Positions 10,411 through 23,199 of a DNA stretch of 57,019 nt are shown in pieces. This DNA comes from Girardia tigrina (lineage: Eukaryota): positions 20,861 to 77,879 of the forward strand of contig MQRK01169072.1 of the NCBI GenBank assembly GCA_001938485.1, given 5' to 3'. The first letter of the stretch is position 1. Every line of letters starts with the position of its first letter. The position numbers were made by a program, and so were the translations under genes. Under the pieces are notes generated by a model. The model was not told where the DNA came from, did not search any database, and saw nothing but the letters and a program-made list of their open reading frames with translations.

Positions 10411-13400
10411 TGCTTTTTAGTTGGGGTGGACCCTCTAAAGAGCCTACGGCTCAATACCATTGAAAGAGACGGGAGGCCGACTTTGGCCATACTAATGGAA
10501 ACTCTTAAATGTGGTGCGATTATTGGGAAGTAGGAAAGGTGAACACTTTAGAATATTTGACGACTAATTGACCAACAAGGAAAGAGAAATAGATTATAAA
10601 CTAAACTCCCGAAAAGCAATACTGAATTTGTGGTATATTCGGAAAGAATATCAGAATCAAAAGTCTTTGGAAGTATAGGCTTGGGAGTATACGCTTCTAC
10701 TGATAGTGGTTATAATGTTGGATGAACGACAACATTCCACGATTCTCGCTTCTATTTTTTGGCGAAGATTTTGCTACAAATGTTATTTTGAGTTAGGCAA
10801 GAGCATATCTTGTGTCTGATAACAGGGCTAAACTGATTTTACTTGTAGAAAGCTATTTGATAACATTCGTTAAATAAAAAAAAGTAAAAGCAACGAAAAA
10901 ACATGATCTTATTTCTCTTGAAGAACAAATTCATCGGAAAAATGAGAAGCGTTCTTTTTAAAAAGGATCTTTTTATTTTATATGATAGCATAAAACATCA
11001 AAATATTTCCATTGATTATATTTTAAAAAAGCAAAAAAATGGTAAAATAACATTATAAACTATTTTACCCAGACCTGCATTTGTATGATAAAATCATGTG
11101 TCCCAAGCTTCTAGGGCAAAAAATGATGTTTTTTCATTATTCAAATCCAATATAAACATGAGGTCTTAGTATATATATACATATATGAATGCGTTATTAT
11201 GTACCTTATTCGATTTGGTGAATGGGATAAAGCCAATATTGCAGCCTTATAGGGTGAAATGCTTAAACTATACTTTTTGATATATTATTTGATATTAAAT
11301 GTACATTTTTCTTTTATTAATTAATGATTTGCGTGTTAATTAATGGGTTTTACTTTCTAATCAATAATGGTTCACGGAGTTGTAGCTCATAATGTAAATC
11401 AAAGCCCTTCTGAAGAATAAAAAAACATCTTTTAAAACATAAGAGGTTCGATTCTTAGATTTCAGACAATGATCAAGAACCTCTCTTGATCGACTCAATG
11501 CTCACTGTCAACTCATTTGACTGATTTTAACACAGAATCTTGTACGTGTCTGGTTGCTGTGATTGAGTGGCTTTTTGAAAAATAACTTATTGAAAATTTT
11601 ATTAGTCTTCTCAGTCAATTTGTTCACATCAGTCTTCAAAAATAATGTGTTTGGTGATGTTTTAAAGAGTCACCATCATATGTACTTAATTTGTGACTTG
11701 AAATTTATTTTTACTTAGAAAAAAATTATGTAAAACATTTATACTGTTCTGTTGTGAAATAACATACTGGGTTTTGTAACATAATCATTAAAATTATTAA
11801 AGAATTTCCTAATAAATAGATGATATATAAAATTTAAAGACATGGAGTTTTAATTCATTTCGTGAATTAAATATTTTAGTAAAAGATTAATAATAATAAT
11901 AATAAAATAATAATAAAAATAATAATAATTACTATTTCATGTAACTTACTTTATTTTGGCTTTTTTTTAATATTTGAAGTAAAAATATTTTTTTTACTGG
12001 AATTTAAACCTAAATTGAAGCTCTATTCAAAGGATTAATTCTAAATATTTAACTGGAAATATTCAAGTTTTCCTTCTTAATAGCCCTAATACCTTTAATT
12101 AAAAAACCATAATTTGTCAGTTAATTTCAATTACTGGATTGAGAAACTGAAGTGTAAGTATTTAATAAAAATTATTAATGGTATAATTTAAAGAGGCGAT
12201 TTAATTAAATGTTGATTAATAAATAATCTAATTAAAAAGAAAAGAAAATAATTTTCACAGTTTGCCAAATGAAACAGTAATTTCAAATGTAAATCTTCGA
12301 CAGGGAATTTTGGAAATGGAACAACTTTGCGACAAAACGATAAACAATCGTCTTGGTACTCGGATTGGAATAGGTTTTTTGACAACATTAAAGGATCATA
12401 AATTATTTGTGAAGTATAGGAATAATTTTGTTTCATTTTGACCAATGTTAATAAACAGTTTTATTTCTAAAGCAAAAAAGATAAACCAACTTATAGGGAA
12501 ATAAACAATAACTGAAAAATGAAAAGATTTAAGTGTTGGTTATATTTTCCCATTATATTATATTAGAAGCATGACACTGAAAAAAATAAAATCTCATAAT
12601 TGAAATTGTTACAAACGAAAATGTGTTAAAAACTTTTTTGTGACATTTCAGGCAAGTATATATCAAATTGTTGGAGCTGAATGACAAGTGAAAGACTTGA
12701 GTGATTGTGGGATTCAAATAAATAATAAATATAAAAAATATACTATATTTTTTAATAGAAAAGTTACAGTTTATAGACAAGTGACAATCAAAAAAAATTC
12801 ATGACAACCTCAGCGATTTGACGTTTTGCTACAGAGAAAAACCTTATGTCATTGACATTAAAAATTTTGTTAGAAAAATGATAATAATAAATATAATACT
12901 ATGTGCAACTATAGTTATGATTCTCAGGAAAATAAGTAGCGAAAATCTTATTGATTTGGAAAAGAACTTGATAAATAATTTAGAAAGAATATTTAATTAA
13001 GTACCACGTTCGTAGCCTTCATTCCATTTAGAAATAAAAGAGAAAGTAACAAAAATAATAAATCTTCAAATTCTTTCACTATGATACCATTCAACACTCT
13101 TCTTGACAAACGCGTCGATGGTCTCGTTGAGAAACAGAATGCTATACTTCATGTTAAGATATTCGATGTCATATAATGATTTGAAATTCAGAATCAAATT
13201 AACGAGACCCAGAAAACACTTTTGAATATATAAGAATGAAGAATAATTAAAAAAACATTTTGTCAATACAATTTCGTTTCTGTAAACGGATCAGAGAACA
13301 CAATCACTTATCGACTCTGATAAATAAATCAAGATAAATAATCACTTGTTTTCTTTTAAGAAAGTTTTAAAATGAATGAATAGACAAAATAAAAATAATA

Positions 13401-14559
13401 CTACTATTATTTAACCGAATGACTTACAAAGAAATATAAAAGTAACTGTGTATATAAAAATACTTCTTTAGTAGAGGAACGATCAAAGAGACGGAAATAG
13501 TCAAACCAATATAGTTCTAAGCGATAGGAAAGTGTGATCGAAAAATTATAATAGCAGGGATATGATGTAGTCTTAATTTCGGGTAAATAATGGCGATCGA
13601 TCCATTATTAAGTAATTGAATTCTGTAGATTTAGTCAGTGGTAAAATCCATAAAGGTTTTCTTATTTTGATTCTAGATAAACTTCACGGAGAAAAATTCC
13701 GAATTAAAAAAAATTGTAATCATAATAAATCAAAATCTAATAGATATACTATTATTATATTTAATTTTATATAATTTATCCATTAGTAGCTAACTAGGAC
13801 TTTTAAGGTCTTGATTTCTTTTTTCCTAATCTTGTAACTTTTCTAGACTTTCTACTCGATTATATTCCATATAATTCAACCTTTACTGAACATCTCGAAT
13901 GATTTGTTTAACATTTTTAATGATAATTTGATTTGGAGAAGCAATTCTGTTAGATTAATTCAGTTCTGAATACAACCTAATAGAGGGTGAAAAATTTGAG
14001 TCAATGTAAGTTTTCAGTCACCGATTTATGAATGAAGATCGATACTTTTCCATTAAACATGAAAACGCCGATACACATTATGGGTACACGAAGATACACG
14101 CGTGAACACAGCAAAATAATCGATATACGAGTCATCCAGAAACAAAAAGGATTCAAAATTTGCATAAACTACCATTGACAAAGATATAAAATATTTATTC
14201 ATTCTTTATTTTGAAGAGATTCTTTGTAAGTATTCTTGACCTAACCTTGATATGAAATAAATATAAAAGAAATTCAAAATCTGTGGATGTAAAAATAATT
14301 TCTGGGAATCATGTGAAAGCTATCAAATTTTGAAAAAATAACTTATACGTAGTGTTTTGATTAAGTATCACATAGCAAAAGATACGAAATAATAATAATA
14401 ATAAATAAAAAATAATACTTCATCCTATGAGACATTGATCATGCTAGATAATTAAAAAAATATTTTTTTTATTACTTTTTGTTTCCCACATACTGACGTA
14501 ATTTTAAATGTTCTTTTGCATAGTGATAACACTTAGAGATTCTTAAAACAGATGCAGAA

Positions 14560-14805
14560 AACTTATGGTAAGGTTTTTCCTTCCAATATTTTAATAAATG
14601 ATTGAATGAGACCGTTCAGACATGATGAGAAAGTTATTGCGACATTTATGACACATGATTATTTGTAAATTGTAAGGAAAGAAGGCAGAATAACTAACAA
14701 GGATATCAAGGAAATGTAAGTAAAGTTGTAAGTACATGCTATCCTGCATGAATGTGGTATAAGAAAAGTATAATCAGTCTTCGTCCAACGTTTTCTGAAT
14801 GCAAT
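14560..14805 (+). mobile_element. Old mariner transposase fragment (second HTH region)
   Basis: IVRKEGRITNKDIKEM..VHAILHECGIRKV.SVFVQRFL resembles R(R)IT..IA....VH.IL...G.RKV.ARWVPR.L. Confidence 0.5.
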
Positions 14806-17800
14806 CTTTATTTTTATAGAAATGTTTTTTTTAAGATAAATACCAAATACTTGAACAATAAATATACAAAAGAAATTTATTTTTAAGGTATAAATCAAAT
14901 TCTCATTTTTCAGCCAATGGATTAATAATTTATTTATTATTTGATACTCTTAGATATAAATTCTGGAATTAATTAAATGCAAAATAAAAACAAAATTGAA
15001 AATAACAGAAATGTTATCTTTTAAGTCTGATAATTATCCCAAAATAAGCATAAACACAGCATTGTATATACTTGATATATAAATAAATATATAAATATAT
15101 ATTGAACGAAAATAATCCAATATTTATCTTCAAAAACAATTTCAAACTAGTTGTTTTTTTAATATAAATTTTAATTTAAATTATATTATCATATAAATTA
15201 AAATATAAATTTAACTTGTTTTAACTAATGGAAAGTGAAGGAATAATTGCAGGAAATGCATAAATCAGTTTTATTTCATATCGAAAATGTCATTTAATGC
15301 AAATTAGATGCATATTTCACCATAAAACGGATTTCCAAAAGGTGTTTTGATGATTACAGTCTTTCGAAAATTATTGTAAAAAATTGTACAAATTTGCAAC
15401 ATCTCGATATTTTCGAAAAAAGAATCAAAATTTTTTAATTAATTTTAATTTTATTGATTTTGAGCAATTTTGAGAACTAGGGTTTTTTTAATAATTTTCT
15501 CATATCTAAAATAATATATCTAAAACACCTTTTGGCTTGTCTTTTGTAAAGAATGTAATGTCACATAATTTGGAGTCTTATCGTCATCTCTGTAAACGGA
15601 TCAAAAAACACAATCAATTTGATAATGAGAGGACGTAAATGATGGACGTAACTAAAATTGTAAAAAGCGTAGAGGAAAATGATTTTAAAATTCTGTGTAA
15701 TCGATTAAAAAATATTTGGGAAAGAGGACGTGAGAGGTCTCTTATTAAAAAGATCAGTGGTTTAATCAGAATAAAGCATCAAACTCAACGTCTCTGCTAA
15801 ACATTCATTGCTTTTTTCATTACTTAATTATTACTTTGATACATAAACGATGATTCTAATAATAAAAAGGTTCACTTCATAAAATACCTCATCATTGTTT
15901 ATAAAATTAAATATTGATTTCAATATTTTCTTTGACAAAAAAAATTAATTCAGTGTTAAAAGACAATTGAAATATGTTTCTTCTTTCAAAGAAAACTTCT
16001 TTTCAACGGATCAGAGATGTACTGTTACAAGAAAGATTTATTTGAAAATTATTTTGAGTTTTTAAGTTGTGAACCACAAAAGTTTTCTATTTTGCAATTC
16101 GATAATTGTTCGGTACAGTCCCTGTGGCACAGACGCAGCGGATTTGAAGCTCAGAAACTTCGTGCTGAGCCTATTGTAAAATATTGCTCAGGCAGGTCAT
16201 CATTTTGCTCAAGTGAACTTTTTTTTATCGTTAATATCAGATTAAATCAAAGGAAGTCAAAGTTCAATCACAAAATTTGTTTATTTATAATCTCGTAAAA
16301 ATTCAAATCTTTTCATAATTGCAACTTTTCAAAAACTTATATGTTGCCAAACTCGACAAAGATATTCTCTCTAAGATTAATTAATGCCAAAAATTTGGAG
16401 CTCGCTGAGGTCACCCTTCTCAGTGACTTCACTATTGCTCAACGATGATAGCTCTGATTGGTTAACATTAAAAAAACGATTCTGTCTTTTGAGAAAGAAG
16501 AAGGCAAAATTATAAATAAAGATTACGATATAATAATTAAATTTAAATTACGAAACAGGTTATATTTTTGGCGTAAACATTTTGTACACGAATATATTTT
16601 GATCTCAAACAGCATAAATATTATATAAATATTATATAGTAAAGATAAAAGAATGATAAATTATCACTTTAAAAAGATAATTAATAAATACTTGTAATGT
16701 TGATTGAAATATATTAGATAAATTATTTATCTTTGTTATTGGACACTCAGACATAAAAAAATAAAAGTAAAACAAATGGCAACTGAATTATAAGTATTAT
16801 CTTTGCTATTCTCATGTACAAGGTTTTACAAATGCCGTTCATGTGACTGGTAAAGCTTTAATGATACATTGAGAAACTGGCCAAGTGCAAGATGAGCAAA
16901 GATGTCCGAGATTCGGACTTGAATGACCTAGCTGCAACTTTAAATATTCTATTTAGTTTACAATTTTACCTATAAAATAAAATTTCGGTTGAAATTATGA
17001 ACTATTAAGAATGATATCTTTAATAATAATATCATTAATCAACATATGATTCAAATGAAAAAAATAATAATCGAGATGTAACAAATAAACTTATAAACAA
17101 AATTAAACTTAATATTATTAAAATAAAAATATTTTTTCATCGTAAAAAGTCGATGTGGTTGGTCATTATTTAGGGGTTCATATGTTGTGATACTGTGGTG
17201 AACCAAAGTTTTTTAAGGTTTTCAGCTGGGTATAAGCAAATGTGGGTGTATAATATAACATATATTTATTCAAAAATTGTTACATCACATATGCACATTG
17301 GATTTAAATGGTTAAGAATAAAAAAATGTCTCATACTTATTAAATAAGTATACAATTATAAATGACCTTGTGTAGGAGCGTGTATGTGCGAGAGGGAGAG
17401 AGTGGTTGGAATTGTAGTGTGTATATTTTTTAATGAACCCATGCTATACCTATAAATAGCTAAATTTTTGGGTGTACAAAAGTTGGATGTACATTATACA
17501 CCCAAAATGGCCTTAAAAATATCTGGGTGAACCATTAAAATATTCATCAAGTAGACATTTTTATCAAGTCCAGTGTAAATCACTGACCAGAAATTCTAAA
17601 ATTCAATCAATTACTTGGTAGCACATTTTGACACGAGGATATACTTAATTAAATTATAAAACTGTGAAATTGTATAGGTTCATATCATTCTTATTAATAC
17701 ATTTTCAAAATTTGTAGAAAGATATTTGATTAGAATACCATATAGATCTTGATCGACTTTTTATGCATTCTTCTTCAACCTTTACAAGCTTTATGAGTTT

Positions 17801-18028
17801 GGATTAAATAAAAGTAAATTAAAAACTAATTATCAATCCATAATATTATTACCAGTGAATATAATATATTATTTTTAGGCTTTAATCTCATATAAATATT
17901 TATCGAACTATAATTAAAACATCATTTTAAAAGTTTGGAAACGCTAAGAAATACTTGCATTTTTATGATAAATTTTAGTTATATATGAAGCAAATCAAAA
18001 TGCATGTATACAAAACAATAACATGTAC

Positions 18029-18235
18029 CAGTTAATTCACATCCAAAATCACAAGGTTCCTTTTCATAATATTTATCTACACAATTACTGGAATCTGTCT
18101 TTAATCCTCCATACATGCAAAACCGAATTCGTTTTCTCTTTTGTTCACTACATAATTCATTATAACATTTCTCTTCACTTTGACAAATTTTTGGACAAGA
18201 CTCCCATTCTGTCCAAGGTGACCAATCATATTTAA
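18029..18235 (-). CDS. unc-5: unc-5 exon 4: thrombospondin type-1 repeat
   Basis: ttttag|TT...ACT G|gtacat; (I)KYDWSPWTEWESCPKICQSEEKCYNELCSEQKRKRIRFCMYGGLKTDSSNCVDKYYEKEPCDFGCELT with WxxWxxW and RxRxC motifs; 207 nt, phase 1-1. Confidence 0.9.
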
Positions 18236-18638
18236 CTAAAATTAATGAAAAATAAATTATTAATTTTATTATTATTAAATTCTAGAATTAATTAAATTTC
18301 TATTACAGTTTCTGCACCGAGAAACATATCAATCTATCTTGTTTAATGGAATTTTTTCTTATTTCTTGCAAGTTTTCCTCTAAACCAAAATTAATATTAA
18401 AATAACCTCAAGGGACATAAATTAGTTTCTTTATTTTTACGGCTTTCACTAGTTTTCGGCTTTCACAATCATTATTTATAGAATAAAATGTTGATAAATT
18501 ACGGTTTCAATGTTTAAAAATTAATTTTACAAAGTTATATTTATTAAAATAAATAAAACAAATTATAAAGTAAAATTATGTATTTATATAATAACTGTAA
18601 ACTCATAAATCTGATTGTTATTATTATCATTAAAATTG

Positions 18639-18864
18639 TGTAGGATGATCCGGATTATGGGATTCCATGGTCATGTCCTTTTTATCGTTTTTCTCTTTGA
18701 ATCGATCGTTCAAATGATGCCGTGATTGCGAATGACATTCGGTTCGTCATTCATATTCAAATGGAACATTCTATCGAGATTCGTTCGATAATCTTCATTG
18801 GTGATTCGTCGTTGCCGTTGAATAAAATAATTAATTTTACTCAAAATATTTCGAACTCCTGACA
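18639..18864 (+). repeat. Possible solo LTR of an unrelated family
   Basis: TGTAGGA...TCCTGACA inverted termini, AATAAA near the 3' end, higher GC than flanks; no TSD identified. Confidence 0.35.
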
Positions 18865-19329
18865 TGTTAGGATTTGTAAAATCAGAGCGTAAAATCAGAG
18901 TAAAATTAGAGCGCGAATTTCAGTTTAAATGAGGCCAGAATAAGGGAACTGTGATCAAAGGATTGTAATTTAAATATAATAAATAGTGGATATTAATTTA
19001 AGTTGAATTCTGATTGAGTCCGAACCAGGGAAGGATTTGATTGAATAGATACACAACTAGAATGGGTTGACAAGATTGTAGTGAACTGAATAGTGGACTT
19101 CCAGAAATTATTCCACGATTGTTTGTGAGAAGAATTATAAAAGTCACGTCGAAAATTGAAAAGCCACGAAAGCTTTATGAGAACTAAGCTTTTTTATCAT
19201 AGTTTAAAAACAGAAATATAGGATAATAAGTCCCAATACTTTCAATTTTCATTAATTTATTATTTATTAATTTATTAAATAATCAATTTTCTATTCGATC
19301 CCATTTATTAATATTATTTTTTATATTTC

Positions 19330-19395
19330 TATATATATATATATANNNNNNNNNNNNNNNNNNNNNNNNNNNNNNNNNNNNNNNNNNNNNNNNNN

Positions 19396-19444
<49 letters not shown>
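19330..19444. repeat. (TA)n microsatellite containing a 50-N assembly gap (19346-19395)
   Basis: Directly visible. Confidence 0.98.
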
Positions 19445-19446
<2 letters not shown>

Positions 19447-19704
19447 CTCTATATACAAATACAAATATATTAGTGACTTTAAGTCATTACAAGTCTGAAA
19501 TCAAAAAATATTTTTTAAATGGCATTCATTTGTTTTTAAAATAATTACCGGCAGTTAGTAAGTAATTTAAATCCTTAAATTTTATGTTTAAATATAAAAT
19601 CAATACCTCTATGGTATTTGATTTTTATACTTAATATTTCCAAATTATTATATTTAATATCTTCGTATTTTAATATGATTATATATATATATATATATAT
19701 ATAC

Positions 19705-19800
19705 ATAGATTGCTCTGAGCCAACCATCAGAAGGTGGCAGGTTCGAGTATTATTTCCCCAGATCATACTTGCCCAGGGTCATTAAAAGATATCCTGAGAT
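19705..19800 (+). mobile_element. Possible tRNA-derived SINE remnant next to a (TA)n tract (19679-19703)
   Basis: CAGAAGGTGGCAGGTTCGAGT resembles a tRNA variable loop/T-arm with Pol III B-box GGTTCGA; no complete cloverleaf. Confidence 0.35.
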
Positions 19801-20244
19801 ATTACAATTTATTTAAAAAACAGAACTAAATAAGTAAACAATGAACAGAAGAAGAGAAAGAAAATAGTTCAACTGAAAAATATACTTTAAGTATCTCATG
19901 TTTATATTAACTGTTAAATAATTTATGAAGTTGAGATCAAAAGTAAATTCTTAAAATTCTTGAGGTGTTTGAATTTATAAATTTTGTTGAAGAATTGTAA
20001 TTGTTCAGGTTTCTGGAAAGGAAAAAAATTTAAAAAAGAATTTATAATGGTTTTTCAGCTCGAATATAAAATTAAACTGAATTTATTCAGATATTGAGTA
20101 CTGCTTTTAATAAAATATATTTTTTTATATGCGTAAGAAGTACTACTTTTTCAATGAAACATTTTTAAGCATCTGCAAATTAAATCCGTATGCCAATTAT
20201 TTAGATTCGTAATAGATCAAATCAATATAATCAAAAACTTTAAT

Positions 20245-20583
20245 TGTGAGCAATACTTGGAATATTGATGTCTTGTGTGTTGTTTGAATGTTTGGATGTT
20301 GTGTGTTGATTTGGGATTGTGTCTCTCCTAATCAGATGGATGATTAATATTTTAATTCTTATAATCTGCAACTAATTTAGTCAAATTAAGATTTTCAAAT
20401 TTTTAATTTATTGTGATTGTAAATGATAATTCATTTACAATTTTAAATTGAATTTATTAAATTTATTTTTGTAATCTTGTAAACAATTAAATCGATTTAG
20501 TATTTTTAAATGATAATAAAAAGGAATTTTGTTTTATCCAGTAACATTTAAAGTAAATATTTTAAATAAAATTTATATGTTCA
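20245..20583 (+). repeat. Solo LTR (~340 bp) of the Gypsy family at 40944-45925
   Basis: Starts TGTGAG, contains GTGTCTCTCCT..CAGATGGATGATTAATATTT, and ends TTATCCA...AGTAAATATTTTAAATAAAATTTATATGTTCA like the provirus 5' LTR end; no clear TSD. Confidence 0.75.
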
Positions 20584-21125
20584 AGTTAATTCAGAATTTG
20601 GATGAGAAGTATTAAAACATTAATAGATGAATTTAATCGAAAGCAATATTATGGATTGTCATAAAGATGATCCAAATTGTGATTGCAATAAATGTTCTAC
20701 CAAATGTGTGAGTTCTCTGAACAATAATTAAAACAATAATAATAGTAAATTAAAAAAATTTAAATCATCTTTAATTAAATTACTCAAAAAAGAATTTGAA
20801 GAAGAAAGTTTCTCAATTGTTAAAAAAATCCTAAAACAATCTTATTCCAAAAGTAATTCTATTTTGACAAAACAAATTCTAGTATCCAACTGTGACAAAA
20901 ATGTTCTTTTAAAAGATTTTTTGAAAGATTTTCTAAATAAATAAAAATTAATAATTGAAATACCAATTTTAATAAACATAAAAATTTTTTTGACAAAAAA
21001 ACAAAATTCATAAAATTATCTGATAAAAACGATGGAAATTATTTATTTATTTTTTGATTTTTAAGTTAAGTTGAAATATTATATTATAAATAGAATTAAA
21101 GGCAAATCAAACAAAGAATCCTCAC

Positions 21126-21306
21126 TCGTGACTGTAACAACAGCTGGCCTTGATTTTTTGACAATATCAAGACTCTGAGCCACGCAGGTGTAGTTGCCGC
21201 TGTCGGACTTCTGGACTCGCTCGATGACGAGTCGTTTTGACTCGTCGATGACGATCAGCGGGAAACTTGATTGAGTTATCAGCTCATTGTTTTTTAGCCA
21301 TGTGAC
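21126..21306 (-). CDS. unc-5: unc-5 exon 3: C-terminal half of Ig2
   Basis: ttcag|GTC...ACG A|gtgag; VTWLKNNELITQSSFPLIVIDESKRLVIERVQKSDSGNYTCVAQSLDIVKKSRPAVVTVT (WLKN and DSGNYTC Ig motifs); 181 nt, phase 0-1. Confidence 0.93.
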
Positions 21307-22243
21307 CTGAATTAATTATTAATAAATTTTGCTTTAACTATATATTAAATTATATTGTATTGTATTGAATAATATTATCTAATATTATATGAAGAATGTT
21401 GAAGAATCTGGACACTGTATCTGAGTGATTGAAGGGTGTTGGTTCTTATAAATGCCTCATAGAGAATAGCCACAAGTTTTAAAATTATTGTATATATTAC
21501 TTATATTATTAGATTATTATTATTTCGTTATTAGTGTTTTAATTATGTTTTATGATAAATTGTTGCTTATACAAAAAATACCAATTTCCGTTTTGTTGAA
21601 GAATAACCTTTCTAGGTTGAAAATATTCAAATTAACATATCACATTCACATAAAATTTAAAAAATTTCTCATATGTTTTATTCTACTAAATAAATTTCTA
21701 ACATTATGCATTCATAATTTATTCCATAAAAAGTTTTGATAAAAATTATTTATAAAAGTAAAGTATAATAATAAAAATAGACATTAGAGAGGAAAATTTT
21801 AAATCTTTACCTTTCGAAAGGTTTAATTCTTAAGTGGAAAAACGATTTGTGAGTTAAATTAACCAAATGAAGAGTGGGAATGAAACATAATAAATAAGTG
21901 ATTCTCTCGATATATTAAAATATAAAAAAGATATTTACTTGATAAAATTCCATCAATTATGAACCGACATTAAGTCAATTTAGATAAAAACCGTCTGGAT
22001 TTTTTTTAAAAACCTAATTGTATTTTTGATTTAAATAAATCTCTTTTAAATTCAGATTTCGTTTCATAAATATTTGAATAATTAATTAATTTCCTAAAAT
22101 TAAAATAAGAAAATGACTAAATTAAAATAATAAAAATTATTATTTATTAATAATTTTATAAAAGATTCAAATAAATCAATAGATTTTAAAAATCTGCTTG
22201 AAAATACAAATATAAATTAATAAAATTATTTTTTTAAAAAAAC

Positions 22244-22347
22244 CTTTGCATTTGGTTTTGAGTCTGGAGGAATGCAAACCAGTTCCATCCTTTCTCCTTC
22301 GGTAAGATTTTGATTTTTGGGAATACTTTTGAAATCGTTTTGAAAAT
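22244..22347 (-). CDS. unc-5: unc-5 exon 2: N-terminal half of Ig2
   Basis: tttag|AT...AAG|gttttt; (Y)FQNDFKSIPKNQNLTEGERMELVCIPPDSKPNAK resembles UNC5 YLRKNF..EP....L.C.PP.G.P; 104 nt, phase 1-0. Confidence 0.88.
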
Positions 22348-22682
22348 CTAAATAATTAAAAAATATATGAAATTCTAAAATATATTTTTATTTCTTTCAG
22401 TAATTTATCATAATATATTAATATTATCAATTTTTATTTTCAATATTAATTTAAAATTGTGCGATTGTCATAGCAAAGCAGAAAATATTTTTAATGTTAA
22501 TCTCAATTATAGAAACTTAAACATGAATACTTTCTTATTTCTAATGGGAATCGGTAGAAGTTATTATCCATAATATATGATAAATTAATACAAATTAATG
22601 GTTTTATATATTAATATTTAGATTTATCTTGAAAGATAATGTTGTAATCGAATTACAATTTTTACCATTAATTAATTATTAG

Positions 22683-23123
22683 GACACATATGATTCTCCC
22701 ATAAAATAAAAGGGGTTTTTATATAAGTTTTTCATGCTGATTTAAAATCGGAAAACCGTTTCGCTCACATCGCTTTTCAAAGAAACTCTTAACCATTTTT
22801 AAAAATAATCAATTGAAATGATCTGGAGGCATTGGTAGCATGCAAATCCATTTTTGCCAATTTCTTGGGAAATAATAAATCTAGTAATTTCAAAGACGTT
22901 GTTGAACAATGCATCAATTCATTTCTAGAATAACAGATGTAATATGTTTCTCCAGATTTGTCCTCTTGATTCACATATTGACTTTTTCCTTAAATGTCTT
23001 GGCAACGTCGGTAATGAACATGAAGAGCATTTCTACCAGGAAATCGCTTTAATGGAATCAAGTTACCATGAACGATGGATTATTGGTATGTGTAAAACTT
23101 TTCAATACAAAAATAAAAAAAAC
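22683..23123 (+). mobile_element. Chapaev3-like (CMC) DNA transposase fragment
   Basis: NFLGNNKSSNFKDVVE..CNMFLQICPLDSHIDFF..LGNVGNEHEEHFYQEIALMESSYHERW matches the FLGN..MSLK.HFL.SH.DFFP.NLG.VSDEQGERFHQDI..ME.RYQGRW pattern. The family name is from recall. Confidence 0.7.
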
Positions 23124-23199
23124 TTTGCCTCGGTAAACTAAAAATAAATTAAAAAAATGAATATTAAAAAAATCAATAGAAATTGATTGATTTATTTCA

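Noticed and set aside
11380-11660. Possible DD41D transposase N-terminus (YFSKSHSITAT)
   Set aside because: A single short motif; the rest cannot be aligned by eye.
16800-16970. GC-richer segment tested as unc-5 exon 5
   Set aside because: All minus-strand frames hit stops and show no TSP1, TM or ZU5 motif.
17228-17505. Inverted TGGGTGTATAAT / ATTATACACCCA pair
   Set aside because: Probably a MITE remnant, but termini and TSD could not be defined.
18023-18235. Plus-strand 70-aa ORF in the track
   Set aside because: Antisense shadow of unc-5 exon 4.
19705-19780. tRNA gene
   Set aside because: Only a T-arm/B-box-like stretch with no acceptor stem or cloverleaf; kept only as a low-confidence SINE remnant.
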